Shown: positions 1 through 12,453, counted from the whole stretch's first letter. The stretch is 47,722 nucleotides of DNA, filler included, from Catajapyx aquilonaris (GCA_000934665.2; 2 parts of 2 records of this genome joined end to end with filler, not necessarily neighbours in it); one strand, 5' to 3'. The notes: generated by a model from the sequence alone, not told the origin. Made by a program: numbers and translations.

Positions 1-140
1 ACCTCGCGACTACCTTGGCTGGCGAGGTGGGTACCTCGCGACTACCTTGGCTGGCGAGGTGGGTACCTCGCGACTACCTCGCCACCGCCACCTTGCGGCG
101 ACCACCTCGCCACCGCCACCTCGCCGCGACTTCGCCCGCG
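1..140. repeat. 32-bp tandem repeat (ACCTCGCGACTACCTTGGCTGGCGAGGTGGGT x2) decaying into ACCTCGCC-type subrepeats; probably part of a repeat element cut by the window edge
   Basis: Exact 32-mer at 1-32 and 33-64, then shorter degenerate units. Confidence 0.8.
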
Positions 141-231
141 ACATAGCGAAATGAAACAACCGCTAGTATGCGGTTGGGTGGCCATAAGCTCGTCTGACGA
201 CCTCGCCGCGAGGTAGAGAAAATTTCGGTAA

Positions 232-380
232 GGGTAGGTTGCCAGACACCTACAAGGTGCACTGGTGCAGGTCAGAGACCCTCCTGACGCAGGTGAAAGG
301 GAACTCCCAGGCGGGGATCGAACTTGGGACCTTTCACTCAGCAAGCCGAGGCGTTACCATCTCGGCCACCACACCTCCCC
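232..380 (-). mobile_element. tRNA-derived SINE, family A (3'-truncated copy)
   Basis: Reverse complement has A-box TGGCCGAGATGG and B-box GTTCGATCC; colinear with copies at 11103 and 30961. Confidence 0.85.
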
Positions 381-467
381 ACAAAATCTAATTCTAAGTC
401 GTGCAAAACCCTTTCGTTGTCCTGCCAGTCAAGGTCCGATGTCCGTAGGTGGTCTAATAAGTGAGTA

Positions 468-725
468 GGAGCAGGGTGGTGCCGTGACTCACGTCACAGG
501 CTCCCTAGGCCATCACTTATAGGTCCCACGTTCGATAACCGGATCGGAGGGAGGACACTTTCTCACGTAGAAATAGTTTCGATGGTTTCTCTCCGTGTCT
601 GCATGGGTTTTCTCGGAGGTTCTGTCGTTTTCTCCCGCAATCAAAATTCATCAGCAGCGCGGTCAATGATTAAAGTTGGGTGTTGAAAAGGCCCCTAGAT
701 CCCCAGTAGGCCTATTAAGGGGTAG
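468..725 (+). mobile_element. SINE family B (V-SINE-like core), degenerate copy
   Basis: B-box GTTCGATAACC; core CTCCGTGTCTGCATGGGTTTTCTC resembles the V-domain; aligns with 23316-23620. Confidence 0.7.
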
Positions 726-1029
726 CGGTGGGGGCACATTACTGAAGATGCCTTCTTCGAGGCGCTTATTAGCTTCAAGATAATAAAACAAAGTGACTCG
801 AGGTGGGGCTAATGTAAGAATGCACAACAATGACGCGGTTTAGAGATTCTTAGTGGATCCCGTAAACATAATTATACTTCATGAGGCAAGTTTCGCATTT
901 GTGGATACAGGGGCCCTTGTCGTGCAGAATACGGTAAACTTGTCTCACAGGGTGTTCCTAGAGGTGCGAATATCCTTTCGGGCTAAGATTCTATGCGATA
1001 TTATATTTCAATACTCAAACATCCTAGGT

Positions 1030-1265
1030 CAGTGCTTCCCAATTTCTTTCGTTGGCGACTCCAAAAAATCGTATTGGAAAATTTGCACCTCCCCTATATG
1101 TGCACATTTCGATCCGACAACATGAAAAGACAGATAAACAGTGAAATGACCTTACCTTATGGTCATGATTTTCAAGAAAGATAGAATTATTTTGTGAAAA
1201 TAATTTGTTACCCTCCCTCGCGACCCCATATATTATTTTCGCGACCCACAATTTCGGAAGCACTG
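1030..1265. mobile_element. hAT-type MITE
   Basis: TIR CAGTGCTTCC...GGAAGCACTG; perfect 8-bp TSD TCCTAGGT (1022-1029, 1266-1273); homologous to 8048-8288 in the opposite orientation. Confidence 0.9.
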
Positions 1266-1887
1266 TCCTAGGTGATTTTGGCCCTTTAGTTGAGACAAAG
1301 GCGTTACAGCTTTGAATCGAGCTACTGTAATTTAGTAATAAAACGTCAAGTATAAGCTCATGCCATCTACCTTAGGCTCAGAATGATATTGGCTACCCCA
1401 CGTAAAGTGGTAAAATACAAAACTTGACTATCATGAAAGTATGGAGGTTGTAAAGCAAATTGCACTATTACACTTTTGGTTACTGGCCCTGAATGGTGTG
1501 TTCCTTGAATTTAAAATAAGAAGAGAGATCACAAGTACTTATTTTTCGCCATTCGTAATATAGCGAACACTTTACAAGGCAATATGTATGATAGAGTAAG
1601 CCATTTTTTTTGTTTCGAAAATAATAACTGCAGTCATTTTGGCGGTCAAGTTTGTAGTTTCAGTAAGCGAAATAACTTGTTTGACTGATCTACTGTCTGC
1701 AAGGTGCTACCACAGTGATCACGTCGAATAAATTCTACAGGCTAGAATAAGGAATGAAAGCTCTAAGCTGCTGGTTGTGGGAATTCAATTTGATGATGAG
1801 AGTCAATAATGATTTGTAGCTGTCTCCCTGGATAAAGCACATTTAATGAATGGTTTACAATTTCAGGCGTGTGCCAATCCAGGCAGG

Positions 1888-2646
1888 ATGCAGGCAGTAG
1901 GCCTCCACTCTGCTCTGGCCATCCGGAGGGAGAGGAAGAGGCGGAGGGCGGCACAACAACAACGTGAGAGGCGTTACAGCAGCCAATCCGTCGGTCCCGG
2001 TGGATCTTTAACTCCTCGAGGCAGCATCACCAGCACAGATGGCCGCACTAGGCTGGACGGAAAAAAGGGCAAAAGCATCCTGGGCACCAAAGTCATGGGC
2101 AACATCACCATGCTGCACATTGGGGTCGTCTTCATCGTCCTCGGTCTATTCTTTATTGTATCAAGCACGATCCCAGGATACGTCAATCCTAACGACTGGG
2201 AAGATCTGCTGGGGATTGGCGTCTTCTTCTTTCTGTGCGGATTCTTCCTGGTCGTCATCAACCGGATGATCACCAAAAAAGAGGACGAACTGTTGTTCCA
2301 GGATGTGCAGAACAAGCTTTCCCGGTCGCGGTCGGGGCACAGAATCATGCCCCGGGATATAGAAACGGGCAAGCTGAGTCCTGCCAAGGAGACACCGACG
2401 CCCACGAAGAAGGTGACAGAGGACACCTTATCTCCTGAAACTAACTACTATGATGCGATCAACAGCCCCGTTCCCAACGGAGATGCACACCTGGATAAAA
2501 TTGTTGAGGAATGCGAGCCGGAGCCAACCGAAAATGGGAAGGTCCATGGCCCTGCCTACGATAGTCAAGAATCCACTAGTCTAAGTCCCAGCAGCCCTTC
2601 GGAGACAAAGGGCCTGTTGCATTCCAAGAATACCAGCAGGGTTTGA
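1888..2646 (+). CDS. Uncharacterised two-transmembrane protein, 252 aa (paralog 1), single coding exon
   Basis: Long GC-richer ORF; TTTCAG acceptor at 1861-1866 just before ATG 1888; basic N-terminal helix, two hydrophobic segments (MLHIGVVFIVLGLFFIVSS; LLGIGVFFFLCGFFLVVI), Ser/Pro/Glu-rich tail ending -SRV. Confidence 0.9.
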   Translation: MQAVGLHSALAIRRERKRRRAAQQQRERRYSSQSVGPGGSLTPRGSITSTDGRTRLDGKKGKSILGTKVMGNITMLHIGVVFIVLGLFFIVSSTIPGYVNPNDWEDLLGIGVFFFLCGFFLVVINRMITKKEDELLFQDVQNKLSRSRSGHRIMPRDIETGKLSPAKETPTPTKKVTEDTLSPETNYYDAINSPVPNGDAHLDKIVEECEPEPTENGKVHGPAYDSQESTSLSPSSPSETKGLLHSKNTSRV

Positions 2647-5600
2647 ACCCCCGTCTGTCGAGCACATACTTGGTATCGTACACCAACTAAAGAATTTTCT
2701 CCCAAATGATTGGTGCTGGAGACTCGTAACAGACTGAACAAGAGATTTCAGAAAATGAAAGCAAAAAACCAAACGAAAATTAACGAGTTTTACTCTTGTA
2801 TTTTTCAATGTTACACTCTGTACTGGTTGTACCAGGCTACAGGATCATCCAAGCTGCTGGTGATTATTTGATTTCAAACACAGTGGTACAGAATGCCAAA
2901 GTACCAACCAGTGACGCAGACTTGAATGAATCAAGCATGTTGGCTTGGGCCTTAACGGCACACCAACAAGTGCGCTGTCACATAGAGGCAGGCAGGGTCT
3001 AGTGGGCTCTAATGATATACGCCCAATTTGTGTTGAGCCAGTTGCATGTTCTGGAAAAGGTACTGCGATAATGTTTCTCCATTTTGAATGCTTGTCAACT
3101 TGTAGGATGATTAGTGTCATTCGTACGTGATTTTGTGCCTCTGCCCCTTGTTATTATTTTGCCATTATAATACGCCTTTGACTCAGAGTGTTTTTTCCAA
3201 TAAGGCGCATGATTACATTTCAATTGACGCCACATCCTCGGGGCTGCATTTAGAATGGCTCTGCCTCACCTGTTTGCACTTGCACATGTCAACTGCTTGT
3301 GTGTTAAGGAATCACCTTCAGCCCGAGTGACCCTTTAGTTTGCTACACACCGTCTTATTGCTTCATTTTTCAGGGTAATTTTAAAACCTGGGATGTTGTT
3401 AACGTAAATTTGCTTCATTATTCAGCCGTGCTTTTAATATAAGTACTCATGTTGTTTTATTACTCTGTTTGTTGTTGACAAGTGACTCGCGCTGATAATG
3501 ACTCTTGCGAACCCATACCGCACATCAAAAAAGGCCTTCTATCGTTTTTGGAGACTTGTTTGTCCCTTTTAAAGCAACCATAATGATAACTATTTTTGAT
3601 TGCCGTTTTAGAAATAAATCTATTGAAACTCACTTCTATTGCCATTTACCACAGTTCAAATAGAAGTAATTAATTAATATTTGGAAGGTATTGCTTAATT
3701 GTGGATGTACATTATGTCGTAATTCGTTGCACTGTGTTCCATTGTATTTTCTCACTTTTCTAACTGAAGGTCAAAATAGACCGGCAGAGTTTAGCACGGT
3801 ATAGAGATTAATTTACTTTGTTACTATTTGGGACCGATATTACAATGGACGAGTCGTGGCCATACGAACAAAATTAGTATCGTTATCTACAGTATAATTA
3901 TTATAATGTACTTTGCATGGTTCGTCAGATAACAATTTGATGCATATTCTGACCAGGTAAGCTTACTGAATTCATATATAAGTATTTATAGAAGGCCTAC
4001 GTGGAGCTACCAAACTGGAAGCTTAAGAGTAACTTGAGGAACTTAAGAATATGCTTGTGGATTTAATTCATTACGGACGTTACCGGTATGTCAAATACAA
4101 TCTGTATAGCCACTCCACAAAATACTAGAATCATCTAAATCCTGGAATATTTATTTCGAGTACCGGTACTTGAAAATTACGAAAACCAATTATTATTGCA
4201 AAGTTAATGAGAAAAGGTCGGCCTCATTTTTTTACTTTTATATTTTGTAGAGCTGTCAATACATTAGCTTGCAAAAGGCATGTCAATTTCCGGCAGAATA
4301 TTCTGATGTTGAACTAGAACTAATTTACAACTGCACCCTGCGGCATATATTCTAAAATAAAGACTGGCCAATTAACATATACGACAGCATAACGTACTGT
4401 GTGACAATGTCCTCTGTAGTTAGTATACTCAATTGAAAGGTCATCAAAGCCGGTTAATTTCATGAATGCGTGTGAAATATTTCCAGGAAAATGAAAGAAG
4501 TTACTCTCTCAATGAAGCGTCTGGGTTGACGGCAGATTTTATTGCGCAATCTCAGTAAAGCAATGGCTTATTTTCACTCAAGACAGGTCAATATTATTGC
4601 ACCTTTCTCATGTCGGTGGTTATTTCAAAAGAAGTATTGCGTCTTCACATGTAACACAGTAGTAGTCATGCATTTTGACATGGCGAATTGGCATCTGGCA
4701 ATTCTAAGGTAACTGCGTGTAACTGATTATTATACAGTATAATAACATTCAGGCACATAATACATCATACGTAAACAGATATTGAACAACTTATATTATT
4801 GTCGCGAGAATTTGTACTCAATATCCCGCTTAAATGTCTTGAATGCACACACACAGTCAGTATATACAGTATACTGTAAACCTATATGGAGAGAACTGAA
4901 TCATGATGATTGGAGCCCCTTAATTCAGCCTCAACTTTTGTAACGTGAGACTTTTTCTTGCCTCCCGTTAGTTTAAAAATGCTGTTGTAGACCTACTGAA
5001 TGAAAGAAAAAGTAGTTTTTACGAACATCAGCATTTCTGAGTAAAGAGGAGAGCTTCTCTCAGGTGAAAAAATCAGGTGTCCGAAAAAATAGAGGGTATC
5101 TTTTGACAGATGCTTGATGGCAGCGCAGTAGGCTGTGATAAAATAATGACGGAGAGGGAAGGTGCTAAACTTCTGCCTGAAGCTTGTTCACTGTGAACTC
5201 AAGTGTGTGAAAATTATTGTACGTGTTGCACTAACGAGAAGTGAAAAACAGCACCACAATTGCTGAAGCTCACACGCTAGTACCTTAACATATAAAACTA
5301 TAGACTGACGCAAAATCTGCTGTGTGCATAGGAGAAAAAATAGAAAAAATATTGAAAACAATACATTGGAAGAAAGCTGTAATGTGGCAAGGAGTAGGCA
5401 ACATTCCCATTTTCTCTTACGTATAATATATTCTGCTTGGAAGGATTCTTGTTTCATGAGTCTATCGCAAGTGCATATTATTGTGACGGTTCTCGCTGCT
5501 CCTTTAGAAGGCAAAAGAGTCAACTATATAGCCGTGAAACCTTATCATGTAGATGTGGAATAATTTTTAGGCGCGTTTAATGTTTCATATTATGTGGTTA

Positions 5601-7026
5601 ATTCCACCGATACAAAATATCTCATAATATTAATTGATTCACTTTGCCCACAATATAAAGAGGACCTTTGTATGCCATATAAAAATCTCATGCCAATGTG
5701 TATAGGCAACTCATAGATGAACACAGAATATTGATGATCTTTTTACATTACACATCATATCTCTCGCACCTTAAGTTTGGCACAATATATGAAGAAGAAA
5801 CCGGAATCGACGAGACGAAAACTTGAGAAACGACGCGCGGAACTCAGTGATTCCGTCGCATTGCAATTTATACACAGTACTATGTCTTTTACTTTAATGA
5901 AATTGGTTGTTTAAATGTAGAGCATAAATCAACCCATAGAACCGATAGCGAAGGACCTTTTCAAAGAGTTTTTCACTTTTGTCACGACGCGACGATGTAA
6001 TTTCAGTTGTTGTGCCACATGTGAAAATGTATGTTGTTTTGTATTGCCGGTTTTTTCAACATATGGACAGATGTCCTGTTGTACTATTATAACATGCTGA
6101 CCAATGTAGCTTTTACTGACTAGATATATTTTATGTCGTTCAGAGAATGTTTCGTTCAAGTTCATGGGAGGTCACCTGCAACCTATGATCTATATGTCGC
6201 AGTGGCTCTCAGAAAGACGGTGGAAAGTGAAGTGGAACAAAAAAATCAACGTTTCCATCATGTATAACTCAACATGTATAAATATAGCCTACTACTTCGC
6301 ATGTTATTTCTAGTGTAATAGCAAAACGTATATAGTACTATACGAGTATCATAATTATTATGTCCTTTGGTGATATTATTTCATATTAAAATGTCAGTGC
6401 TTATTGATTTGTTTGCATAATTTGTACTGAATATATATTGATATATCCAAAGAACTACATACTGTTTATGTGCAGTACACTGACTTGCGAGTATACCGGG
6501 AGGGAAGCAGGACCGGAAGAGGTGAAGATGGTTTTCAAAGTGGGAATATTGAAACAATATTCACATTTCAATAATGCCATTTGCAAACACTTTCACCGTG
6601 CTGGACCAGATGTTGCATCACATCCTGTGCAAGCAAGTGCACGTGTACATTATGGTGCTTGAAAAGTAATATATTCATTCATATTTTTGCTCCCTTCCTT
6701 TCCTCACTTGCATCCAAATCACTTGTCGGAACCATAGCCATTCTCCTAGCTTGACTGCCTTCGGATGCTAGCAGAATATTTCACCTTACTCTCATTATGC
6801 TTATCAATGGCCTTTCATTTACACATTTCTCCTCGTATTCAACTCGACAGTAATGTTACAACGATGAGGGTTACTTTTCAAGACGTACTGTTTCACCATT
6901 TCATCGATTCCGCAAAGTTCCAAAGCGTTCACATTGTTAACATACATGTACACATTGCTTGGATAGCATTATAATACAGTATTATGAACATGTCACTTGC
7001 AACAAGTGGAATGAAATGGTTGGGGT

Positions 7027-7100
7027 GGTCCCATGGTGTAACGGTAGCACACTGGACTCGTCCAAGTCCAGTGGTCCGAGTTCGAATCTCGGTGGGACCT
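7027..7100 (+). tRNA. tRNA-Gln-derived tRNA-like RNA with a non-canonical anticodon arm and no readable anticodon
   Basis: Acceptor GGTCCCA/TGGGACC plus T discriminator, D stem GTGT/GCAC, T stem CCGAG/CTCGG with TTCGAAT loop; anticodon arm ACTGGACT-CGTCCA-AGTCCAGT. Confidence 0.8.
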
Positions 7101-7771
7101 TCGACCTCTCTGTGTCTTTCAATCTTCATGCTCTAATATCGAGATACGTATTTCGTGTGAAGCAAACGTTCTATATAAAGGAAAAGTTGCGTCGCTTCTC
7201 TTCAGTACTTCCATTTTTGTAGGCAAAAGTGATATTAGATTATTTAAATGGTGTTACACTACAGTCGACAATGTTTATTGTACATAAACATGTTGTGTTC
7301 CATTGTTATCCCGTCACCGTCCATAAACATTCACATCAAAACAGAACATCCCTCCCCCATTCTTATTCATTAATATTCATTAATTCATTATTTTCAGAAT
7401 CGTGTTCATATTTTGATTTTAATGATTTATACATCATGCTCCATTGCGACACACTTTTTAGCAGGGAATTCTACGAGGAGAAATTTGTATATGAATCAGC
7501 TGCTGTACACTTCTGTGGCGTAGTTTTGTTGACTGTATATAATGTATAAATGCCTACCTGTCGACATTCCTTTTCTTACTTTTGTATCTTCAACTGTCGT
7601 CCAATAAATATTCTGTCTTATCTAACCTCAAGCACTGTTTATGTTGTTACAACCGAGGTGAGGGCCACTCACTGAAAAAATGTACACATGGATTACTGGT
7701 AAACATTCATTACTCACATATGCCAGGTAATAATACCTTTGTGTTCCTGATTACCTTCTGCTACTCTTCAC

Positions 7772-7927
7772 TGGTGTACTATGGAGCTCAAATTGTTCTG
7801 GCCACTTTATCCTGGTCTTGAAGCAACCCTTCGCACAGGCCCCATGGTGAGCAAGTGTGTCTGTGTGAAGGGTTGCTTCAAGACCTGGATAAAGTGGCCA
7901 AAACGATTTGAGCCCCATAGTACATCA
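7772..7927. repeat. Long hairpin / palindromic MITE-like element
   Basis: About 70-bp arms (GGCCACTTTATCCTGGTCTTGAAGCAACCCTTC and its near-exact reverse complement) around a short spacer. Confidence 0.8.
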
Positions 7928-8047
7928 CGGTGTAGTGGATGTACATTACAGTATATTATCGGATTTACTACCCCGCCCCATTCTAGATGACCTTTAGACG
8001 CCAAACATTGCTTTTCAGATAGTTTTCCTGCAATACACCGTCTATGA

Positions 8048-8288
8048 CAGGGCTTCCAAACTGAGGGAGGGTAACAAAGTATTTTTACAAAATTATTCTA
8101 TCTCTCTGGAAACATACGGTATGCCCGTAAATGACAAGATGAGTTAATTTATAGTTATACTATTGTCATTGACTACCCCTGAGGGGGGGGGGGGGGGGGN
8201 GGGGGGTAGGGTTGAATCGAAAATTAGGGGTCGCGAATTTTACGAGACGATTTTCTGGGGTCGCCAACGAAAAAAAGGGCAAGCATTG
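8048..8288. mobile_element. hAT-type MITE (same family as 1030-1265)
   Basis: CAGGGCTTCC...GCAAGCATTG ends; 8-bp TSD GTCTATGA on both sides. Confidence 0.85.
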
Positions 8289-9004
8289 GTCTATGATGTC
8301 ACGACATGCAGGTCGATCAGGGTCACACAGGAATAATTTAGAGATATGAAAGTATGAAGTTTGAAAATAACATTAATTATAATTATATACTGCATATAAT
8401 TATCGCTGCTTACGTCGGATATATATTTACAAACATTTCTTTGAGTGACTGTAATGTCTCTAGTAGGATATGCTTCAATTATATTGTAGGAAATAATGTT
8501 TAACTCAATTTCGGCACAAATGTGATCATGATCATTCTGCATTTCAGGTCTTCATAATATTATGTTCACTCATTGATACACGACTACACGAGCAATAGCA
8601 CAGGCATCTTTCTTATAGGGATTTACTGTAGCTTGAAAGTGAGTGAAATATTCAAACCCGAAATATTAAAGGTCAAAGTACATTATTACACTCATAAATT
8701 AAACTAATGTGACCTAAGCAAGTCTTGATATCCCAATCAAATATAATATAGTAAGTTCTTTGATCACGACAGAAAATTCATAGTTCATATTAGTCCCTAT
8801 CCTTAAAACACTATGTTTTACTATACAGTACTTCGTCCATCACCTCCTTACCTGCCATGTGTCACTAACTTGATTAGTCGTAGAATTCAAAAGGTAACAA
8901 TACAGGTACATTTTTTAAATGGTTTCATTTGGTGGACTATGCCAATCTTGAATCTAAATGATTTTTTAAGAAATACATTTGTACCCAATAAGACTTAAAA
9001 AGTC

Positions 9005-9107
9005 GGGTGAAATGTTCGTCGCACTGCTAGTTACTGCTAACTTAGCATTGGCACTGGCTGGTAATGCCAAGTTAGCAGTAACTAGAAATAGGACGAAAAT
9101 TCCACCC
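9005..9107. repeat. Hairpin with a near-perfect 24-bp inner stem (9027-9085)
   Basis: CTAGTTACTGCTAACTTAGCATT pairs with AATGCCAAGTTAGCAGTAACTAG; outer GGGTGAAATGTTCGTC pairs imperfectly with GACGAAAATTCCACCC. Confidence 0.8.
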
Positions 9108-9698
9108 ATTTTCCTTATTTTCTCGACTACACTACGATGTGACTTTTTTTTCTTTCAATTTTATAGTAGCCTAATGTTAGCTTCCATATTGACTCCCATT
9201 GTACCATGTAACTTTGGTCCCGCTAAAAAATCGGAATGTCACATCACTCATCCCGTCAGGGTGTCTCACTTATATGAGCTTACAAGTTAGTGCAAATGAA
9301 GTTATCCTTGAAAAAGGCGGTAACTGCCAAAGTGGTGTTGTGAGAAAATTCAAGTTGCTGTTTGAATTTGACTTACTCATTAAGGCATGAATTTTCAGTG
9401 GAGTTAATTAGTAAATAATTCTACTAATTATTGTTTGTTGTCATAATTATGTAATCTAAATCTTAAAGCGCACATCGTCCGAATTAGCTACTCAAGCTAC
9501 ATATTATGCACTTATGAAAACAATGATGGAGACGGTCCTTGGATGTGCCATGTGGGAGTAGTGGCCGTCATTTTTGCTGCATGTCAAGGTTTCAATTGCA
9601 AGATGGGCCACACTATTAAGGTTCAGCATGATACTAAATCATCACCTTGCACAAATCAACTTCAATTCTCAGAGACAACTGTTGCAGCCATAGTCAAG

Positions 9699-9956
9699 AT
9701 GATCGGAGCGATGCAAGCAGTAGCTCTTCGCCATGAGCGCAAGAAGCAAGAGTCAAAGACGCGACCTCTTAACCAGCGCCCCAGCCATCTTCACCTCCCC
9801 ATCGGTGGTATAAAGGGCAACAATAATTCTGCTTCAACAATGGGATTGCCCGGAAGCAGCCCTCGTTCGCCTGGGAGTCCTGGGAGCCGAGGGCCCAGTA
9901 GGCCTGGCAGCCCTGGTAGCTTGACTGGCCATCACAGCCCCACGCACACTCCACAG
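9699..9956 (+). CDS. Two-transmembrane protein paralog 2, coding exon 1 (MIGAMQAVALRHERKK...HTPQ)
   Basis: TTCTCAG acceptor ending 9672, ATG 9699, CAG|GTCAGA phase-0 donor; N-terminal motif shared with paralog 1; GSPGS repeats. Confidence 0.85.
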
Positions 9957-10154
9957 GTCAGAACCTTACCCCTCATCTACATGAAAAAAATGATGATTCG
10001 TTATAGCCTAGTTAGTTTTATTCTTACTGCTTCAAGGCCGGAAGACAATGTCTCTATGTTTCTCAGTGAACATCATTTTCTCGCGATTGATAATGATATA
10101 CTATGCTGTAGAACTGCGTACATGTACTGCATCTTACTTATAAGTCAGTATAAT

Positions 10155-10502
10155 CCAGGCCCTGGTCACTCGTACGGTATACCTTACACATTGTTCCCCC
10201 CATGAGATTAGCTAATCTCCCCCACCTAGGGGGTTTTTCCAAGGGGCGGCGCTAGAGTCATGCACCGAGATGGTGGCGCCTTACCTAGCGGGCAATTTTG
10301 AACCATTTCGGTCGACTCCGATTGGCTGGAGTAGTAAAGGTATATACTACCCAAACAATCGGAGTGGACCGAAATGGCTCGGAGTTTCCCTTTAGGTAAG
10401 GCGCCACATGACTCTAGCGCCGTCCGTGGCAATCCTCCCTGGGTGGGGGAGATCATCAGCTAAGCTCACGCGAAAAGAGGGAGATTGACCGGGGCCTGGT
10501 TG
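10155..10502. mobile_element. Palindromic MITE, probably P superfamily, in the intron of paralog 2
   Basis: Almost fully self-complementary (CCAGGCCCTGGTCA...TGACCGGGGCCTGG); GTATAAT on both flanks (7-bp TSD). Confidence 0.7.
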
Positions 10503-11102
10503 GTATAATCAGTGATGGAGAGTGGGGGGCTCCGGCATGGCCTGCACCTGTATCATACCAGTAAAAGTCCGGTCAGAGCCATCAAAGAGTTCTCTTCCAT
10601 CTCTGACGTGAGTTGCAGAGTGCCAGGCTACCTTTAAGTTCAGGTGAGAAAATCTCAAAACATGCGCCATTATGTACAACGTCTATTTTTCACCTAATTG
10701 AAAATTGGAACATAAGCATATCCTACTAAGATAAATTATAATGTATAGGCCTACTTTCTTGACTGGAGAAGTCAATAGATCGATGAAAGTACACACAGGG
10801 GGAAAACGCTAAACTCCGCCAAAAGCCGAGAGCAAAATTCCGGTATATGATAATTCATTATTCATGTCTCAGACGTCATGAATCGCCTTTCATCGTCGCG
10901 TCGTCGGGAATATCATTCTGTCGAGTGCAAGGTTTACTTCATTATTGCAAATGAAACCTTTACGCTACATTTTTGGTGATGCCAGATCCGTAACCTTTTA
11001 TAACATTACTTCAATGCCGTATTTTTTTAATAATGCGAAAAATTAATATTACACCTTTGGTCCATTTCTAACGCGTCTAAAATACGTATTTAAAGATGAG
11101 AT

Positions 11103-11915
11103 GGGAGGCGTGGTGGCCTAGTTGGTAACGACTCGGCTTGCTGAGCGGAAGGTCCGGGGTTTGATCCCCGCCCGGGGGTTCCCTTTCGCCTGCGTCAGGA
11201 GGGTCTCTCACCCGCACCTTGGAGGCGTCTGGCAACCTAACCTACAGGGAGATTGCACATGACCCATTTTAAAGGGACACTCCACTCAAAATACAAGTTG
11301 GGTTCTAAAAATCGGGCAAAAAATCCTGATTCCGAGGGTATAAGCAGTTTTTCTTAGAGACGAACGGTAAGGCCAGTGTGAAAGCTGGAAGTGTGTCGTT
11401 CGAAAACCGCGCGCGGGGCAGGTGGGCGCAGGTGGCGACGCCACCAGAGTGGAACCGGGCGGAACTAGACCAGGCACTCCATGGGCACGCCTGGCGCGGC
11501 AGGTGTTTACTGTGCGCGTTATACTTCTCCGGTTTGCCGCGGGATGGTGTTGAATCGCCCTTCTTAGCAGACGACGCTGGAAGACGTGTGTAGATATATA
11601 TGATTTTCCGTGTTACCGTTGGGCGTAGAAAAAAACCGATTGCACATTCGGAATCAGGATTTTTTGCCCGATTTTTGGGGGCCAACTTGTATTTTGAGTG
11701 GAGGGTCCCTTTAAGACATTTCACCAGAACCCGTGTCTCCTTCCCCCAAAAAATCCCCATCCCTACCCCATGTCCTTTCTTCCCTGCACGGAGTTGAAGA
11801 AAATTACAATAAAAATGGAAAATATGGTGGTGTTCCACCCACCCCCCCCCCTCTCCTAAAAGAGCGCCGACCTCTCAATGGGGCAAATAAAATACAATAC
11901 AATAAAATAAAATAA
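11103..11915 (+). mobile_element. SINE family A, full length, interrupted by a Kolobok/T2-type MITE
   Basis: tRNA-like head at 11103; body resumes after 11714; A-rich tail; colinear with 30957-31836. Confidence 0.85.
11273..11710. mobile_element. Kolobok/T2-type MITE
   Basis: TTAA TSD on both sides; AGGGACAC...GGGTCCCT termini; TIR about 60-80 bp. Confidence 0.85.
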
Positions 11916-12453
11916 AGAGATTACTCTTAGTTCTTTATAAAACCATTTAGAACAATAAGTTTGTAACTCGATTTTAATGCAAAGGGAGAGGGTACAATTT
12001 TTCACTGACGTCAAAGTCTCTAATTCCAAATAAGTTATTTATAAATTAATACAAAATAATATACAGTTACACCCTGAACCAATAATAAATTTGAAAATAA
12101 ATCATTTTGCACCGGTATGTACAGGTCATAATACAATAAGACAAGTGTAGGCCTACCTCATCTCGTAGCCTACAAGAACATATCATGATTGACAGGTTAG
12201 GGTTAGCATTTAGGGGGCTATCCATGGTAGGCTTCTTCTGATAGGCCTACTCATGAGATGCAAAGATAATACCAATATGGTGACGTAACACGCGAGAAAT
12301 TAGGCCTACAATTATGTATGTTAGTAAAAACTATATAGTACCATATAGTTGCCAAACTGATGTGGAGACTTGATCGACGGAGTAAAAGTAGTGTTGTAAG
12401 ACTATCCGCTACTGTTTCTTTACTGATAGTAGGACTACAATCTTGCCTTTCAG

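Noticed and set aside
1..140. CRISPR-like repeat array
   Set aside because: The 32-bp units are directly adjacent with no spacers, in a eukaryotic context
1846..1887. Upstream in-frame ATG for gene 1
   Set aside because: It lies upstream of the TTTCAG acceptor, and the shared motif begins near ATG 1888
1974..2426. Antisense and alternative-frame ORFs overlapping genes 1 and 2
   Set aside because: Shadow ORFs of GC-rich coding sequence with no independent support
6850..7026. MALAT1-type triple helix upstream of the tRNA-like RNA
   Set aside because: No paired U-rich tracts and no A-rich tract abutting position 7027
9543..10205. 220-aa single-exon ORF
   Set aside because: Only 9699-9956 looks coding; the flanks are read-through into introns and a MITE, and splice sites join it in frame to 12454
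11286..11838. 177-aa and other ORFs at 11.3-11.8 kb
   Set aside because: They lie wholly within a SINE/MITE composite
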